DNA of 38,309 bases from Pseudomonadota bacterium (GCA_046047875.1 JBJOHD010000070.1:1-38309), one strand, 5' to 3'; counted from the stretch's first letter, positions 1 to 8,991 are shown. Numbers and translations: made by a program. The notes: generated by a model not told the origin, from the letters alone.

Positions 1-1
1 A

Positions 2-502
2 CGATTCGATAAGGTTATCTTAGCGACCCACGCGGATGAGTCGCTGGCGCTTTTAGCCGATCCCACCGCCGACGAGAGAGCCGCGCTCGGAGCGTGGCGA
101 TATAATTCGAATCATGTTGTCCTGCACACCGACCGGGCGCTTATGCCCCCATTGAAGCGGGTGTGGGCTGCGTGGAACTACTATCGCCCGCAGCAGAGCG
201 CGCTCACGAGCCCCGTTGCGATCACCTACTACATGAATAAGCTGCAACGTTTGCCTACGGAGACCGATTTTTTTGTCAGTCTCAATCAAAAAGAGGCGAT
301 CAATCCTCGAGCGATACGCTTTGAGGTCGCGTACACCCATCCGGTGTACGATCGAAACTCGGTCGCATCGCAGAGCCGCATTAAAGCGCTGAACGGCGCG
401 AATCACACCCATTTCTGCGGCGCCTATCTCGGTTACGGCTTCCATGAGGATGGGGTCGCAGCTGCGCTTGACGCTGTGCGCTCCCTCGGGGGCTCTCTGT
501 GA
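2..502 (+). CDS. FAD/NAD(P)-binding amine-oxidase-like oxidoreductase, C-terminal part (5' end lies outside the window)
   Basis: The frame is open from base 2 (RFDKVILATHADESLALLADP...), upstream of the listed ATG at 143. The C-terminal ...THFCGAYLGYGFHEDG... is typical of the flavoproteins encoded next to DUF1365/CFA-synthase genes. Its stop overlaps the next start (GTGA at 499-502). Confidence 0.75.
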   Translation, partial: RFDKVILATHADESLALLADPTADERAALGAWRYNSNHVVLHTDRALMPPLKRVWAAWNYYRPQQSALTSPVAITYYMNKLQRLPTETDFFVSLNQKEAINPRAIRFEVAYTHPVYDRNSVASQSRIKALNGANHTHFCGAYLGYGFHEDGVAAALDAVRSLGGSL

Positions 503-1335
503 GATCCCGGCTGCTTATCGGTGAGACCGGCCACGCGAGGCTCGCCCCGATTAAACACGAGTTTCGCTACCCCCTTTTTTACTTCGTATGCGAGCTCCAC
601 GAGTTAAAGGAACTCGAGCGCTCGCGACTCCTTGCGATCAATCGCTGGGGGGTCCTCGCACTCTGGGAGAGGGATTACTTGGGGCCAGAGCCGGGAACTA
701 TCATCGAAAAGCTGGAGGGGATCCTCAGGTCAAACGGATATGAGTGGGGCGACGCAGAGGCCTTTCTCGTGACGATGCCCCGGGTAGCGGGCTATGTATT
801 CAATCCGGTGAGTTTCTACCTTCTCTTCGACGAAACGAAGCGGCTGACGGCGATGGTGTGTGAAGTGAACAACACGTTCGGGGAGAAGCACATTTATACC
901 CATGTGCCGTCGATTCCCGCGACGTTGCCGTATTCCTTTGAGCTGACGAAGGAGTTCTACGTCTCGCCATTTTTTGACACGACGGGGATCTACGAGGTCA
1001 CCGTGCGCTCGTTTCATGAGCGCCTCGATCTCGGAATCGTTTTAAAAAAAGAGCAGCCGGTGTTCTGGGCGGGGCTTGAGGGAGAGTGGTGGCCGTTTTC
1101 GAGTGCGCAGATTCTCAGGACATTGGTGAGTTTTCCGTTCACCGCGTTTTTGACGATGACTCGGATCCACCTCCACGCGGTACGCTTGAGGGTGAAGTCG
1201 CTCGTCCCGTGGATGAGGCCAGATCCGCTAAGTCCCCGAACCGTCAGGAGTAAGCAGAATTTGATTCACCGCGTAAGACTTGGAATAATTCGGCTCTGGC
1301 GGTGGCGTTCGCTCGGTTCAAAGGGCAATTCGTAG
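499..1335 (+). CDS. DUF1365 family protein
   Basis: 278 aa. The N-terminal GxxxHxRxxPxxHxFxYxxF pattern (GETGHARLAPIKHEFRYPLFYF) and NPVSFYL motif are characteristic of DUF1365. The start is translationally coupled to the upstream flavoprotein. Confidence 0.8.
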   Translation: MRSRLLIGETGHARLAPIKHEFRYPLFYFVCELHELKELERSRLLAINRWGVLALWERDYLGPEPGTIIEKLEGILRSNGYEWGDAEAFLVTMPRVAGYVFNPVSFYLLFDETKRLTAMVCEVNNTFGEKHIYTHVPSIPATLPYSFELTKEFYVSPFFDTTGIYEVTVRSFHERLDLGIVLKKEQPVFWAGLEGEWWPFSSAQILRTLVSFPFTAFLTMTRIHLHAVRLRVKSLVPWMRPDPLSPRTVRSKQNLIHRVRLGIIRLWRWRSLGSKGNS

Positions 1336-1348
1336 TGACGGAGACTTG

Positions 1349-2440
1349 ATGGAAGCTGTAGCTCGAAAATCTGTGGATGGTGCGGCGAGTGAGGATAATA
1401 GCCCAGTGCTCTCCCAAATTCCCCCTGAGGTTGTGCGTCGGCTGAAACGGGACGGCATCTACGGACTCGGCGAGGACTATATCGCGGGTAAGTGGCAGGT
1501 AACGGACCTTCCCGGATTTCTCGCTCAGCTCGTCAAACTCCCCGAGGTGACCCGTTTGAAGTTTAGCCCTCGCACCGCGTGGTATGTTTTTCGCGCGTTG
1601 ACCTCGAATCCGCAGAGTGGCCCGGGTGTTTATGAGGTGGGGGAGCGGCACTACGACCTGGGGAATACTCTTTTTAGCGCGATGCTCGATCGTTCGATGA
1701 GCTACACGAGCGGGATGTGGCGAAACGCCGCAACCCTGGAAGAGGCGCAAATCCAAAAGCTCCGCTCAATCTGTGAAAAGCTTGAGTTGAAGCCGGGAAT
1801 GACGGTGCTTGATATCGGCTGTGGCTGGGGCAATTTCGCCCGATTTGCAGCGACCGAATACGGAGTCAAGGTAATTGGGCTCACGATATCAAGAGAGCAG
1901 CAGGCGCTTGGCATGGAACGGTGCCGCGGACTCCCGGTCGAGCTCCGTCTGCAGGACTACCGTGAGTTTAACGAGCAGGTCGATCGGGTCGTATCGATCG
2001 AAATGATCGAGGCGGTGGGACACAAGAATCTTCGCGCATTTTTCGAGTCGGCTTATCGGGCGCTGGTGCCCGGCGGCCGATTCGTCCTCCAGGTTATCTC
2101 CGGTAATTCGTTCACCCTTCGGTCACCTGCATTTCTCGACCAGTATCTCTTGTGGCTCGTTCGCCACATATTCCCAAACGGCTATCTTCCCCGGATGGAT
2201 CACTTGACCGGTCGGGAGGCGCAGCCGTTTCTCCTCGAGAGCATGGAGCAGTTTGGTGAGAGCTACGAGCGCACCCTCAGCGCGTGGAAGGATAATTTCG
2301 ATCGGGCGTGGCCAAGCCTCAAGGATCATTACGGGGAGGATTTTCGCCGGATGTGGCACTTTTACCTGTGCGGCTGTATGGCGTGTTTTAGGACTCGGTT
2401 GGTGAGCGTCTACCAGATAGCTTATCGTCGGGGAGCATAG
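1349..2440 (+). CDS. Cyclopropane-fatty-acyl-phospholipid synthase family SAM-dependent methyltransferase
   Basis: SAM-binding motif VLDIGCGWGNFARFAA, HYDLGNTLFSAMLD and the C-terminal ...FRRMWHFYLCGCMACF are typical of the CFA synthase family. I prefer the ATG at 1349 (GGAG 6 nt upstream) over the TTG at 1346. Confidence 0.85.
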   Translation: MEAVARKSVDGAASEDNSPVLSQIPPEVVRRLKRDGIYGLGEDYIAGKWQVTDLPGFLAQLVKLPEVTRLKFSPRTAWYVFRALTSNPQSGPGVYEVGERHYDLGNTLFSAMLDRSMSYTSGMWRNAATLEEAQIQKLRSICEKLELKPGMTVLDIGCGWGNFARFAATEYGVKVIGLTISREQQALGMERCRGLPVELRLQDYREFNEQVDRVVSIEMIEAVGHKNLRAFFESAYRALVPGGRFVLQVISGNSFTLRSPAFLDQYLLWLVRHIFPNGYLPRMDHLTGREAQPFLLESMEQFGESYERTLSAWKDNFDRAWPSLKDHYGEDFRRMWHFYLCGCMACFRTRLVSVYQIAYRRGA

Positions 2441-2503
2441 TCTACCCACGAGCCTCCGCGGGTCTTAGGCAGCCCTTTTCGAACGTTCTCGGCCCCGTTT
2501 TTC

Positions 2504-2514
2504 GGGGGGGGGGG
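2504..2514. repeat. G11 homopolymer in the intergenic region
   Basis: Direct read: ttc-ggggggggggg-cggcgg, about 125 bp upstream of the lipoprotein ORF at 2640 and 64 bp after the CFA-synthase-like stop. Confidence 0.9.
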
Positions 2515-2639
2515 CGGCGGATCGCCGGGGGCGATCAGAAAAATGTCGGCAAATCAATTAGTTGCCGCTCTTGGCCTGCGATTTGCTGATGCCGTAGTGT
2601 TGGTTTTTTTAGGTTAGGTTTTGTCTCCTAGGTTACCGG

Positions 2640-2999
2640 ATGGAACCGATTCCATTTATTCGATGTGTATTTCCAGCGGTACTGTCGTGCCTCGTAACGG
2701 GGTGCTCCCATCTTTTCGCTCAGCGGGGGATGCCCGATACAACCAAGATAGTCGTCGGTGCGCCCCGCTCCGTTGTGGAGGGAGAGCTGGGGAGTCCTAT
2801 CTCAGAGATCGCGAACGTCAACCGCGCATCGGCCCTTCGGGAGTGTATCTATAAAGTTTTGGTGCGTGATCCATCGCCTGATGACGCCGGTGCGATGGAA
2901 AAAATCCGCGGTGGATTCGTTGGCTTTTCAACGTATCAGTACCGCGTTCTGTACGACCTCGCCGGGAACGTCGTGCACGCTGATGAATTGAAGCTTTAA
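2640..2999 (+). CDS. Hypothetical small lipoprotein
   Basis: 119 aa ORF. N-terminal hydrophobic segment ends in the lipobox-like LVTGC. No recognisable domain. Confidence 0.5.
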   Translation: MEPIPFIRCVFPAVLSCLVTGCSHLFAQRGMPDTTKIVVGAPRSVVEGELGSPISEIANVNRASALRECIYKVLVRDPSPDDAGAMEKIRGGFVGFSTYQYRVLYDLAGNVVHADELKL

Positions 3000-3044
3000 A
3001 GTGGAAGTTGTGGGATTTTTTGCGGGGGGAAGGGAGATGAAAAC

Positions 3045-3446
3045 GTGGGATATCGATGGTGTTTCGGTTTAATATGTGCAGCGGTTCTCGGAGCTCCGCT
3101 CGCCTCTTTGGCGGATGATGCGCTGCCTGAGGACTGCGCCTATCGCACGAGTGAGATCTATCCGATACGTTCGGTCGCGGGTGTCCCGAGCGAGGGCGCG
3201 CGGGTCAAAGTTGAGATAGTTTTCGAGAAGAAAGAGGAGAGCCGTGGGCGGAAATCCAACGTTACCCTCACGAGCGACGCAGCGGTCTGCCGTTCGCCGA
3301 ATCCGATGCTGAAACCGGAGGAGCGGGGATGGCTTGAGCTTGGTCTGAGCCCGAGGCTCTCCGATTTAAAGCATGTGAAGAAACTCGTCGGCTTCGATGG
3401 CTTTCGCGTGACGGTGCTGCCGACGTCGAAGAATCAATCGAATTAA
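3045..3446 (+). CDS. Hypothetical secreted protein
   Basis: GTG start with GGGAG about 9 nt upstream. Signal-peptide-like N-terminus (GLICAAVLGAPLASLADD). No recognisable domain. Its stop overlaps the stop of the convergent deacetylase gene (3443-3446). Confidence 0.5.
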   Translation: MGYRWCFGLICAAVLGAPLASLADDALPEDCAYRTSEIYPIRSVAGVPSEGARVKVEIVFEKKEESRGRKSNVTLTSDAAVCRSPNPMLKPEERGWLELGLSPRLSDLKHVKKLVGFDGFRVTVLPTSKNQSN

Positions 3447-4366
3447 CGGAGCGCAGCGACGTGAGCGGCGACCCCTAAACGGAGGTTGTCGAGTCGGTAG
3501 CCCCCTTCAAGGAGGGAGAGGATCGGTGTCTGCAGATCCTTGAGCCGTTTCGTAATCCGAAAGATATCTTCGGGAGTCACCCCGAAACCGCCGACGGGGT
3601 CACCCTCCATGCAGTCGAAGCCTGCCGAGCAGATGATCAGATCGGGGCGAAAAGCGGCGAGGTGCGGAGCGATCCCGAGCTCAAATGCGTCCACCCATGC
3701 CCCTCCGCTTGTCCCGGTGGGCAGACCTATTCGGAGCGCGTTCACGGCGGCCGGGGCAAGGTCTGTCGGATACGGGTAGGAGTTTCGGGGATGACCCTCC
3801 AAGAAGAGCTCGGTGAAGAGTGTATCTGGCTTTCCTGCGAGCGCCTTCTCTGTCCCGTTACCGTTGTGAATGTCGATGTCGAGCACTGCGGTTCTGACCC
3901 CGGCGAGACCCGCGACCCGAGCGGCGAGCGCTGCATTCGAGAGGATGCAAAAACCCCTTGCCTGCTCCGGCTCGGCGTGATGCCCCGGAGAGCGGGTAGC
4001 CACGAAGGCATAGCGCGCTTCGCGCCGCAGGAGCGCTTCAACCGCTCGGATTGCCCCCCCTGCAGAGCTCACCGCGGCGTCCCATGAGCCGGGATAGAGC
4101 ATAACCTCATCGTGAAAAGAAGAACCACTCGGCGCAGCGTCGCGCACCGCTTTCCGCACGGCGTCGAGGTAGGCGGTTGTGTGCACAAGCTCGAGGTGCT
4201 CAGCTGCGGCGTGAGGTGCGCTCAGCGATTCGAACGTTCGATCGCGCGAGAGATCCACGCCCTCGAGCGCGGCGAGAAGTCGGCCGTGATGCTCGAATCC
4301 GTCCGGCTGCGATCCGTGCTGCGCGGAGGCAGCTCGATTATCCACAATAAGGAACGTCATCCGCAC
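3443..4366 (-). CDS. Histone deacetylase / acetylpolyamine amidohydrolase / AcuC family deacetylase
   Basis: Family motifs are present: SPGHHAE (tandem His), GFCILSNAA, DIDIHNGNGTE (Asp/His metal ligands), SAGFDCMEGDP and LEGGY. Start is the GTG at 4366 or the ATG at 4360. Confidence 0.85.
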   Translation of the reverse strand: MRMTFLIVDNRAASAQHGSQPDGFEHHGRLLAALEGVDLSRDRTFESLSAPHAAAEHLELVHTTAYLDAVRKAVRDAAPSGSSFHDEVMLYPGSWDAAVSSAGGAIRAVEALLRREARYAFVATRSPGHHAEPEQARGFCILSNAALAARVAGLAGVRTAVLDIDIHNGNGTEKALAGKPDTLFTELFLEGHPRNSYPYPTDLAPAAVNALRIGLPTGTSGGAWVDAFELGIAPHLAAFRPDLIICSAGFDCMEGDPVGGFGVTPEDIFRITKRLKDLQTPILSLLEGGYRLDNLRLGVAAHVAALR

Positions 4367-4461
4367 ACCGTACCACGGCGGATATCTCTACTGAAGCGCA
4401 CCTTCAATATATCGTCTTTAAAAGCCTTTAAAATCGGGCTTTGGGACGGGCTACAGTTAAA

Positions 4462-4519
4462 GTGTTCGGCGCGTTTATATGAGGTTTGCCTCGATTTATC
4501 GAACACTATTTAGTGTTGA
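4462..4519. promoter_or_regulatory. Cluster of GTGTTCG half-sites including a 7+7 inverted repeat (candidate operator)
   Basis: GTGTTCG at 4462-4468. Its complement CGAACAC at 4500-4506. AACACTA-tt-TAGTGTT inverted repeat at 4502-4517. A further GTGTTCG at 4580-4586. All lie in the divergent deacetylase/acetyltransferase intergenic region. Confidence 0.35.
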
Positions 4520-4570
4520 GAGGATTCGCCGCGTTACGACGTAAGTGAAAATCATCGGTATTTTCGCACT

Positions 4571-4638
4571 ATATTTCGGGTGTTCGCTCGCGCTAAGATC
4601 GGTACCGAAATATCCGTGCAGCGTCCCGTCGGCGCTGC
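4571..4638 (+). promoter_or_regulatory. Two potential stem-loops in the leader of the SpeG-like gene
   Basis: ATATTTCGG (4571-4579) pairs with CCGAAATAT (4605-4613). GCAGCG (4618-4623) pairs with CGCTGC (4633-4638). The second hairpin ends 25 nt before the ATG at 4663. Confidence 0.3.
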
Positions 4639-4662
4639 TTCGAAAAGCTACAAAAGGTACAT

Positions 4663-5292
4663 ATGATTCGCGGTACGAGGCTTCAGCTTAGGGCGCTTGA
4701 AAGGGCGGACCTGCCGTTCCTCCATAGCCTTCACAACAATAGCAAAACGATGGGCTACTTCTTCGAAGAGCCGTTCGAGACAATTCGGGAGCTCGAAGAC
4801 CTCTACGAGAAGCACGTGCATAATCAGACCGAGCGTCGCTTTGTGCTTGAGGTCGTCGGCACAGGCGACACGGTGGGGGTGTTAAGCTTGATCGAGATCG
4901 ATGAGATCAATCGAAAGTGTGAGATCGACATCATCGTCGATGAGCGTTTTCAGGGGAAAGGGTACGGGCGTCACGGATTCGTGCTCGGGATTAAATATGC
5001 ATTCGATGTTCTGAACCTGAAGAAAGTCTACCTCCTGCTCCTCCCGACCAACGAGGCGGGGATGAAGGTGTATCAGTACGCTGGCTTCAAGAAGGAGTGT
5101 CGTCTCAAGAAAGAGTACTTCGTGAACGGAAGCTACTGGGATGTGCACCGGATGTGCATGTTCGATACCGATTGGCGTCGCCAGCGGGATCGGCTCCGGC
5201 GCGATGTCGGGTTCGATCGCGATATGTCGGAGTTCCTGCCGGAGGCCGATTATTCAGCAGACGATGCCCCGGGGCTCGCGGCAAACGGCTAA
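4663..5292 (+). CDS. GNAT N-acetyltransferase, spermidine/spermine N-acetyltransferase (SpeG)-like
   Basis: The N-terminal 170 aa run collinear with SpeG as I remember it (LRALERADLPFLHSLHNN..MGYFFEEPFE...LYEKHVHNQTERRFV; RFQGKGYG acetyl-CoA motif). There is an extra charged C-terminal tail of about 40 aa. Confidence 0.8.
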   Translation: MIRGTRLQLRALERADLPFLHSLHNNSKTMGYFFEEPFETIRELEDLYEKHVHNQTERRFVLEVVGTGDTVGVLSLIEIDEINRKCEIDIIVDERFQGKGYGRHGFVLGIKYAFDVLNLKKVYLLLLPTNEAGMKVYQYAGFKKECRLKKEYFVNGSYWDVHRMCMFDTDWRRQRDRLRRDVGFDRDMSEFLPEADYSADDAPGLAANG

Positions 5293-5309
5293 GAGAGCCC
5301 GATTCCGGT

Positions 5310-5391
5310 CCGCGGCATCCGCGGCGCCCTCCGTGAGCTGAGAGCCCTGCGCTGTGTCAAAGGCTGAGCTCGGAGAGGCGCCCGCGGCGCC
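5310..5391. terminator. Two GC-rich palindromic hairpins between convergent genes
   Basis: CCGCGG-cat-CCGCGG (5310-5324) and GGCGCC-cgc-GGCGCC (5377-5391), between the SpeG-like and ridA 3' ends. No T-tracts, so function is uncertain. Confidence 0.25.
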
Positions 5392-5401
5392 GAGCGGAAG
5401 C

Positions 5402-5788
5402 TTACTTCTCGAGTACCGCAACTACTTCGATCTCAACCTTCGAGCCGCGGGGGAGCGCTGCCACCTGGACCGTTGAGCGTGCAGGTCGTGTGCCGTTCAT
5501 CCACTTCTCGTAGATCGAGTTCACCGTTTGAAAATTGCCGAGATCGGTGAGGAAGATCGTCGTCTTCACCACATGGGAAAAGTCGAGCTTTAAGTGCGTT
5601 AGTACCCCTTCGATATTTCGCATGACCTGATTCGTTTGATCTTCGATTCCGTCGCCGACGATCTCTCCGGTCGCGGGATTCAGCGGAATCTGTCCGGCGA
5701 AGAACGCGGTGTTGCCGGTGACGACCGCCTGAGAGTAGGGACCGATGGCCTTTGGTGCATTCGGAGCATCGCTAATGTATTGAATCAT
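5402..5788 (-). CDS. ridA: RidA/YjgF family reactive-intermediate (enamine/imine) deaminase
   Basis: MIQYISDAPNAPKAIGPYSQAVV... and C-terminal ARSTVQVAALPRGSKVEIEVVA are classic RidA. I start at the internal ATG at 5788, because the 37 codons upstream in the listed ORF have no family counterpart. Confidence 0.9.
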   Translation of the reverse strand: MIQYISDAPNAPKAIGPYSQAVVTGNTAFFAGQIPLNPATGEIVGDGIEDQTNQVMRNIEGVLTHLKLDFSHVVKTTIFLTDLGNFQTVNSIYEKWMNGTRPARSTVQVAALPRGSKVEIEVVAVLEK

Positions 5789-6014
5789 AAATGTATTGCC
5801 CTTAAACAATCCCACAAACTTCTCATCGTGCGCTAACGCAATCCTTACAATCGACCAATTGATGAGTGAACTGGGGATCCTAGGACTTCGTCCTACCAAA
5901 ATAAACGAATGAATGCAATAAAATCGGGCATTTGAAGGGGGACGATCGCTTGATGAGGGCTCGGCGTTAGGGTATCGATCGGAGGGCTAAAAGCTCATCG
6001 AGGAGGCTATCTCT

Positions 6015-6707
6015 GTGGCCAAAGAACGGATCCTGGTTGTCGATGACGAGGAGGATATCCTTGAGCTCGTTCGTTATAACCTCTCAAAGGAGGGCTACCA
6101 GGTGCGGGGTGTCGGCTCCGGTGAGGAAGCGCTCGAGGTCGCCCGCGCGGAGCGTCCCGACCTGATTATCCTTGATCTGATGCTCCCGGGGATCGACGGG
6201 CTCGATGTGTGCAAGGCCCTTAAGGGGGATCCGAAAACAAAAGCGATACCGGTCATCATGGTGACCGCAAAGGGTGAGGATGCTGACGTAGTGTCCGGCC
6301 TCGAACTCGGGGCGGAGGACTACGTGACCAAGCCGTTTAGTCCTCGGATACTCTCTGCTCGGGTGAAAGCGGCGCTCCGCCGGCAGCGGGGGGTCGTTGA
6401 TGAAAAGTCGGCTAAAGCCCCGATCACGGTAGAGGAGCTTCACATCAATCCAGGGCGCCACGAGGTGCTCATCAAGGATAAGCTCATTGAACTTACGAAT
6501 ACCGAGTTTAAGCTGCTGCACCTTCTCGCGAGCCAACCGGGGTGGGTTTTTACCCGTTATCAGATCGTTGACAACGTTCACGGGGAGGATTACCCGGTGA
6601 CCGATCGCTCAGTCGACGTCCAGGTGGTGGGGCTGCGTAAGAAGCTCGGACGATATGGGAAATATATCGAAACGGTGCGCGGCGTCGGCTATCGATTCAA
6701 AGGATAG
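6015..6707 (+). CDS. phoB: OmpR/PhoB-family response regulator (phosphate regulon)
   Basis: Receiver domain (VVDDEEDI, DLMLPGIDG, TAKGE) plus a winged-helix output domain (VRGVGYRF). AGGAGG lies 7 nt before the GTG start. The gene sits directly upstream of a PhoR-like kinase and the pst genes. Confidence 0.85.
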   Translation: MAKERILVVDDEEDILELVRYNLSKEGYQVRGVGSGEEALEVARAERPDLIILDLMLPGIDGLDVCKALKGDPKTKAIPVIMVTAKGEDADVVSGLELGAEDYVTKPFSPRILSARVKAALRRQRGVVDEKSAKAPITVEELHINPGRHEVLIKDKLIELTNTEFKLLHLLASQPGWVFTRYQIVDNVHGEDYPVTDRSVDVQVVGLRKKLGRYGKYIETVRGVGYRFKG

Positions 6708-6710
6708 CAG

Positions 6711-8132
6711 GTGAAAGCCCGCACTTTTCCAGCCCGGTTCTATCAGCTCGCTGGCCTCATCCTCGTACCCTCGGCGCTCGCCCTTCTGCTGCTCGCAGCG
6801 GCCGATCAAGGGTGGCTCTACGCCGAGAAGCGGATCGAGCTTCTCGCGCTTGCGGCGCTCGTCGCCGCGATAGTCGCCGGCATCTCTCTGATTTTTGCTG
6901 TCCGGCGACTCCACGTCCGCCTCGATGAGATCGTTGGTGCGGTGCGCCGATTCTCGACCGGTGATCTTGAACACCGGCTCATGGTTCCCCGAAACGATTT
7001 TCTCTACGAGCTCTCTCTTGCGTTGAACCATATGGGAGCGCGGCTCGGCATGCGGCTTCGTAAAGCCCAACAGCAGCGGATCGATGAAGCCGCGATCCTT
7101 TCGACGATGGCGGAGGGGGTAATTGTGGTTGACGGCGAAGAGCGGATCGTGCGGATGAACGACGCCGCCTGCACCGTTCTCGCTCCGAAGCTCCCCGATG
7201 TCACCGGTCGTCTCGTGCAAGAGGTGGTTCGAAACGCCGAGATTCAGCGGATAGTGCGACAGGTCTTGAGCGGTCAGGAGTCGATCGAGTCGGAGGTCGT
7301 GCTCTTTGGTGAACCGGATCGGCATCTACGGGTCTACGGGCGGCCGCTCAAAACCGACTCAGGCAAGGGGCGGCGGGTGCTGATCGTCTGGAACGACATC
7401 TCCCGGTTGAAACACCTCGAGACGGTGCGGCGTGATTTCGTTTCGAACGTCTCCCACGAGCTTCGCACCCCAATCACGTCGATAAAGGGTTTCGTGGAGA
7501 CCCTTCTGGACGGGGCGATCGAGAACCCCACGGAGGCGCGTCGATTTCTCGAGATCGTCGGGCGCCAGGCGGAGCGGCTCGAATCGATATTCGAAGATCT
7601 TTTGAGCCTTTCTCGTATTGAGCAGGGAGAAGAGTCGGCCTCGATCGATTTAGAGCACGGAGATATCACGGAGATAGCGCTCCGGGCTGTTGAGAACTGC
7701 GCTCTGAAAGCTGAGGCGAAAGGGGTCGCCGTCACCCTTGAGGGACAGCGGGTGCTCTCCCCCCGCGTGAGCAGCTCGCTGCTTGAGCAAGCGATTTCGA
7801 ACCTTATCGACAACGCGATCACCCATACCGATCGGGGTGGCCGGGTAACGGTCGGCGTCTCTGAAGGAGAAGCTGAATATGTCGTCTCCGTTCGTGATAC
7901 TGGGTGCGGTATCGAAGCGGTTCACCTGGGGCGTCTCTTCGAGCGTTTCTACCGGGTCGATAAGGCGCGCACCCGCAAGGCGGGCGGCACCGGGCTTGGA
8001 CTGGCGATCGTAAAACACATCGCCCAGATCCACCGGGGTCAGGTCGAAGTTGAGAGCAAAGTAGGTGAGGGGAGTCTCTTCACCCTGCGGCTTCCGAAGT
8101 TAGAGAAGACGACGCTCGTGACGAATTTGTGA
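6711..8132 (+). CDS. phoR: PhoR-like sensor histidine kinase (TM-HAMP-PAS-HisKA-HATPase)
   Basis: N-terminal TM helices. H-box [20 protein letters not shown] box [10 protein letters not shown] boxes DTGCGI and [10 protein letters not shown]. The start is 4 nt after the phoB stop. Confidence 0.8.
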   Translation: MKARTFPARFYQLAGLILVPSALALLLLAAADQGWLYAEKRIELLALAALVAAIVAGISLIFAVRRLHVRLDEIVGAVRRFSTGDLEHRLMVPRNDFLYELSLALNHMGARLGMRLRKAQQQRIDEAAILSTMAEGVIVVDGEERIVRMNDAACTVLAPKLPDVTGRLVQEVVRNAEIQRIVRQVLSGQESIESEVVLFGEPDRHLRVYGRPLKTDSGKGRRVLIVWNDISRLKHLETVRRDFVSNVSHELRTPITSIKGFVETLLDGAIENPTEARRFLEIVGRQAERLESIFEDLLSLSRIEQGEESASIDLEHGDITEIALRAVENCALKAEAKGVAVTLEGQRVLSPRVSSSLLEQAISNLIDNAITHTDRGGRVTVGVSEGEAEYVVSVRDTGCGIEAVHLGRLFERFYRVDKARTRKAGGTGLGLAIVKHIAQIHRGQVEVESKVGEGSLFTLRLPKLEKTTLVTNL

Positions 8133-8140
8133 GGCGAACG

Positions 8141-8977
8141 ATGAGTGCTGTTATGATGACCGAGTCAACTCAAATAGGAGCCGCTCCAGGCGAATCGGCC
8201 GGCGACAACGTGGTGGCGCTGCGTCGCCCGGTGATTGAGGCGCGGGGCGTGAACTTCTTCTATGGAGCTTCTCAGGCGCTGCACGACATCTCGATCGCTC
8301 TTCCTGAGCACCAGGTGACCGCCCTGATCGGACCCTCCGGGTGCGGCAAATCAACCTTTCTCCGGACGCTCAATCGGATGAACGATACGATTCTCGGCAC
8401 CCGGCTTGAGGGTTCGATAACGATTCACGGCGAGGACATATACAAGCCGGGGGTTGATCTCGTGGCGCTTCGAAAGAAGGTCGGAATGGTCTTTCAGCGC
8501 TCGAATCCTTTTCCGAAGAGTATCTTCGAGAACGTCGCCTATGGGCCGAAGATACACGGACTTAAAGACCCGGGACAGTTGGAGCACATCGTCGAGCGAA
8601 GTTTAAAAAACGCCGACCTATGGGAGGAGGTGAAGAATCGACTCGATAAGAGCGCCCTTGACCTCTCCGGGGGGCAGCAGCAGCGGTTGTGTATCGCCCG
8701 GGCGCTTGCGGTAGGTCCGGAGATCTTACTCATGGATGAGCCTGCATCGGCGCTCGATCCGCGCTCTACGGCGAAGATCGAGGATCTGATTGGACAGCTC
8801 CGTAGCACGTACACCATCGTCATCGTAACCCACAATATGCAGCAAGCCGCGCGGGTATCGGATCACACCGCATTTTTCTACGAGGGTCGCCTTGTGGAGT
8901 TTGGACGCACGAAGGAGCTCTTTACGATGCCGAAGGAGAAGCAGACCGAGGATTACATCACCGGCCGATTTGGGTAG
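8141..8977 (+). CDS. pstB: Phosphate ABC transporter ATP-binding protein PstB
   Basis: Walker [20 protein letters not shown], signature [14 protein letters not shown], Walker B LLMDEP and the C-terminal [10 protein letters not shown] are all PstB hallmarks. I prefer the ATG at 8141 (GAGG upstream). The alternative GTG at 8129 overlaps the phoR stop. Confidence 0.95.
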   Translation: MSAVMMTESTQIGAAPGESAGDNVVALRRPVIEARGVNFFYGASQALHDISIALPEHQVTALIGPSGCGKSTFLRTLNRMNDTILGTRLEGSITIHGEDIYKPGVDLVALRKKVGMVFQRSNPFPKSIFENVAYGPKIHGLKDPGQLEHIVERSLKNADLWEEVKNRLDKSALDLSGGQQQRLCIARALAVGPEILLMDEPASALDPRSTAKIEDLIGQLRSTYTIVIVTHNMQQAARVSDHTAFFYEGRLVEFGRTKELFTMPKEKQTEDYITGRFG

Positions 8978-8991
8978 GGAAGGCAAAGTTA

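Noticed and set aside
53-445. Long antisense or overlapping ORFs throughout the window. Examples are 53-445(-), 1244-1756(-), 6609-7325(-), 9348-10064(-), 11051-11734(-), 11283-11891(-), 19579-20466(+), 22832-23233(-) and 35051-35575(+).
   Set aside because: Each lies opposite or out of frame to a gene with clear family motifs. Their translations are Arg/Pro/Gly/Ser-rich with no motifs. This is the usual stop-codon-poor shadow of GC-rich coding DNA.
4112-4513. 133 aa ORF spanning the 5' end of the deacetylase gene and the divergent intergenic region, as a possible regulator gene.
   Set aside because: Most of it is antisense to the well-supported deacetylase gene. Its translation is Arg-rich with no helix-turn-helix or other motif, and it has no RBS.
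5881-5895. TAGGAC-ttc-GTCCTA palindrome upstream of ridA and phoB, as a possible operator.
   Set aside because: It is only 6 bp per arm, occurs once and has no second copy. This is too weak to distinguish from chance without comparative data.
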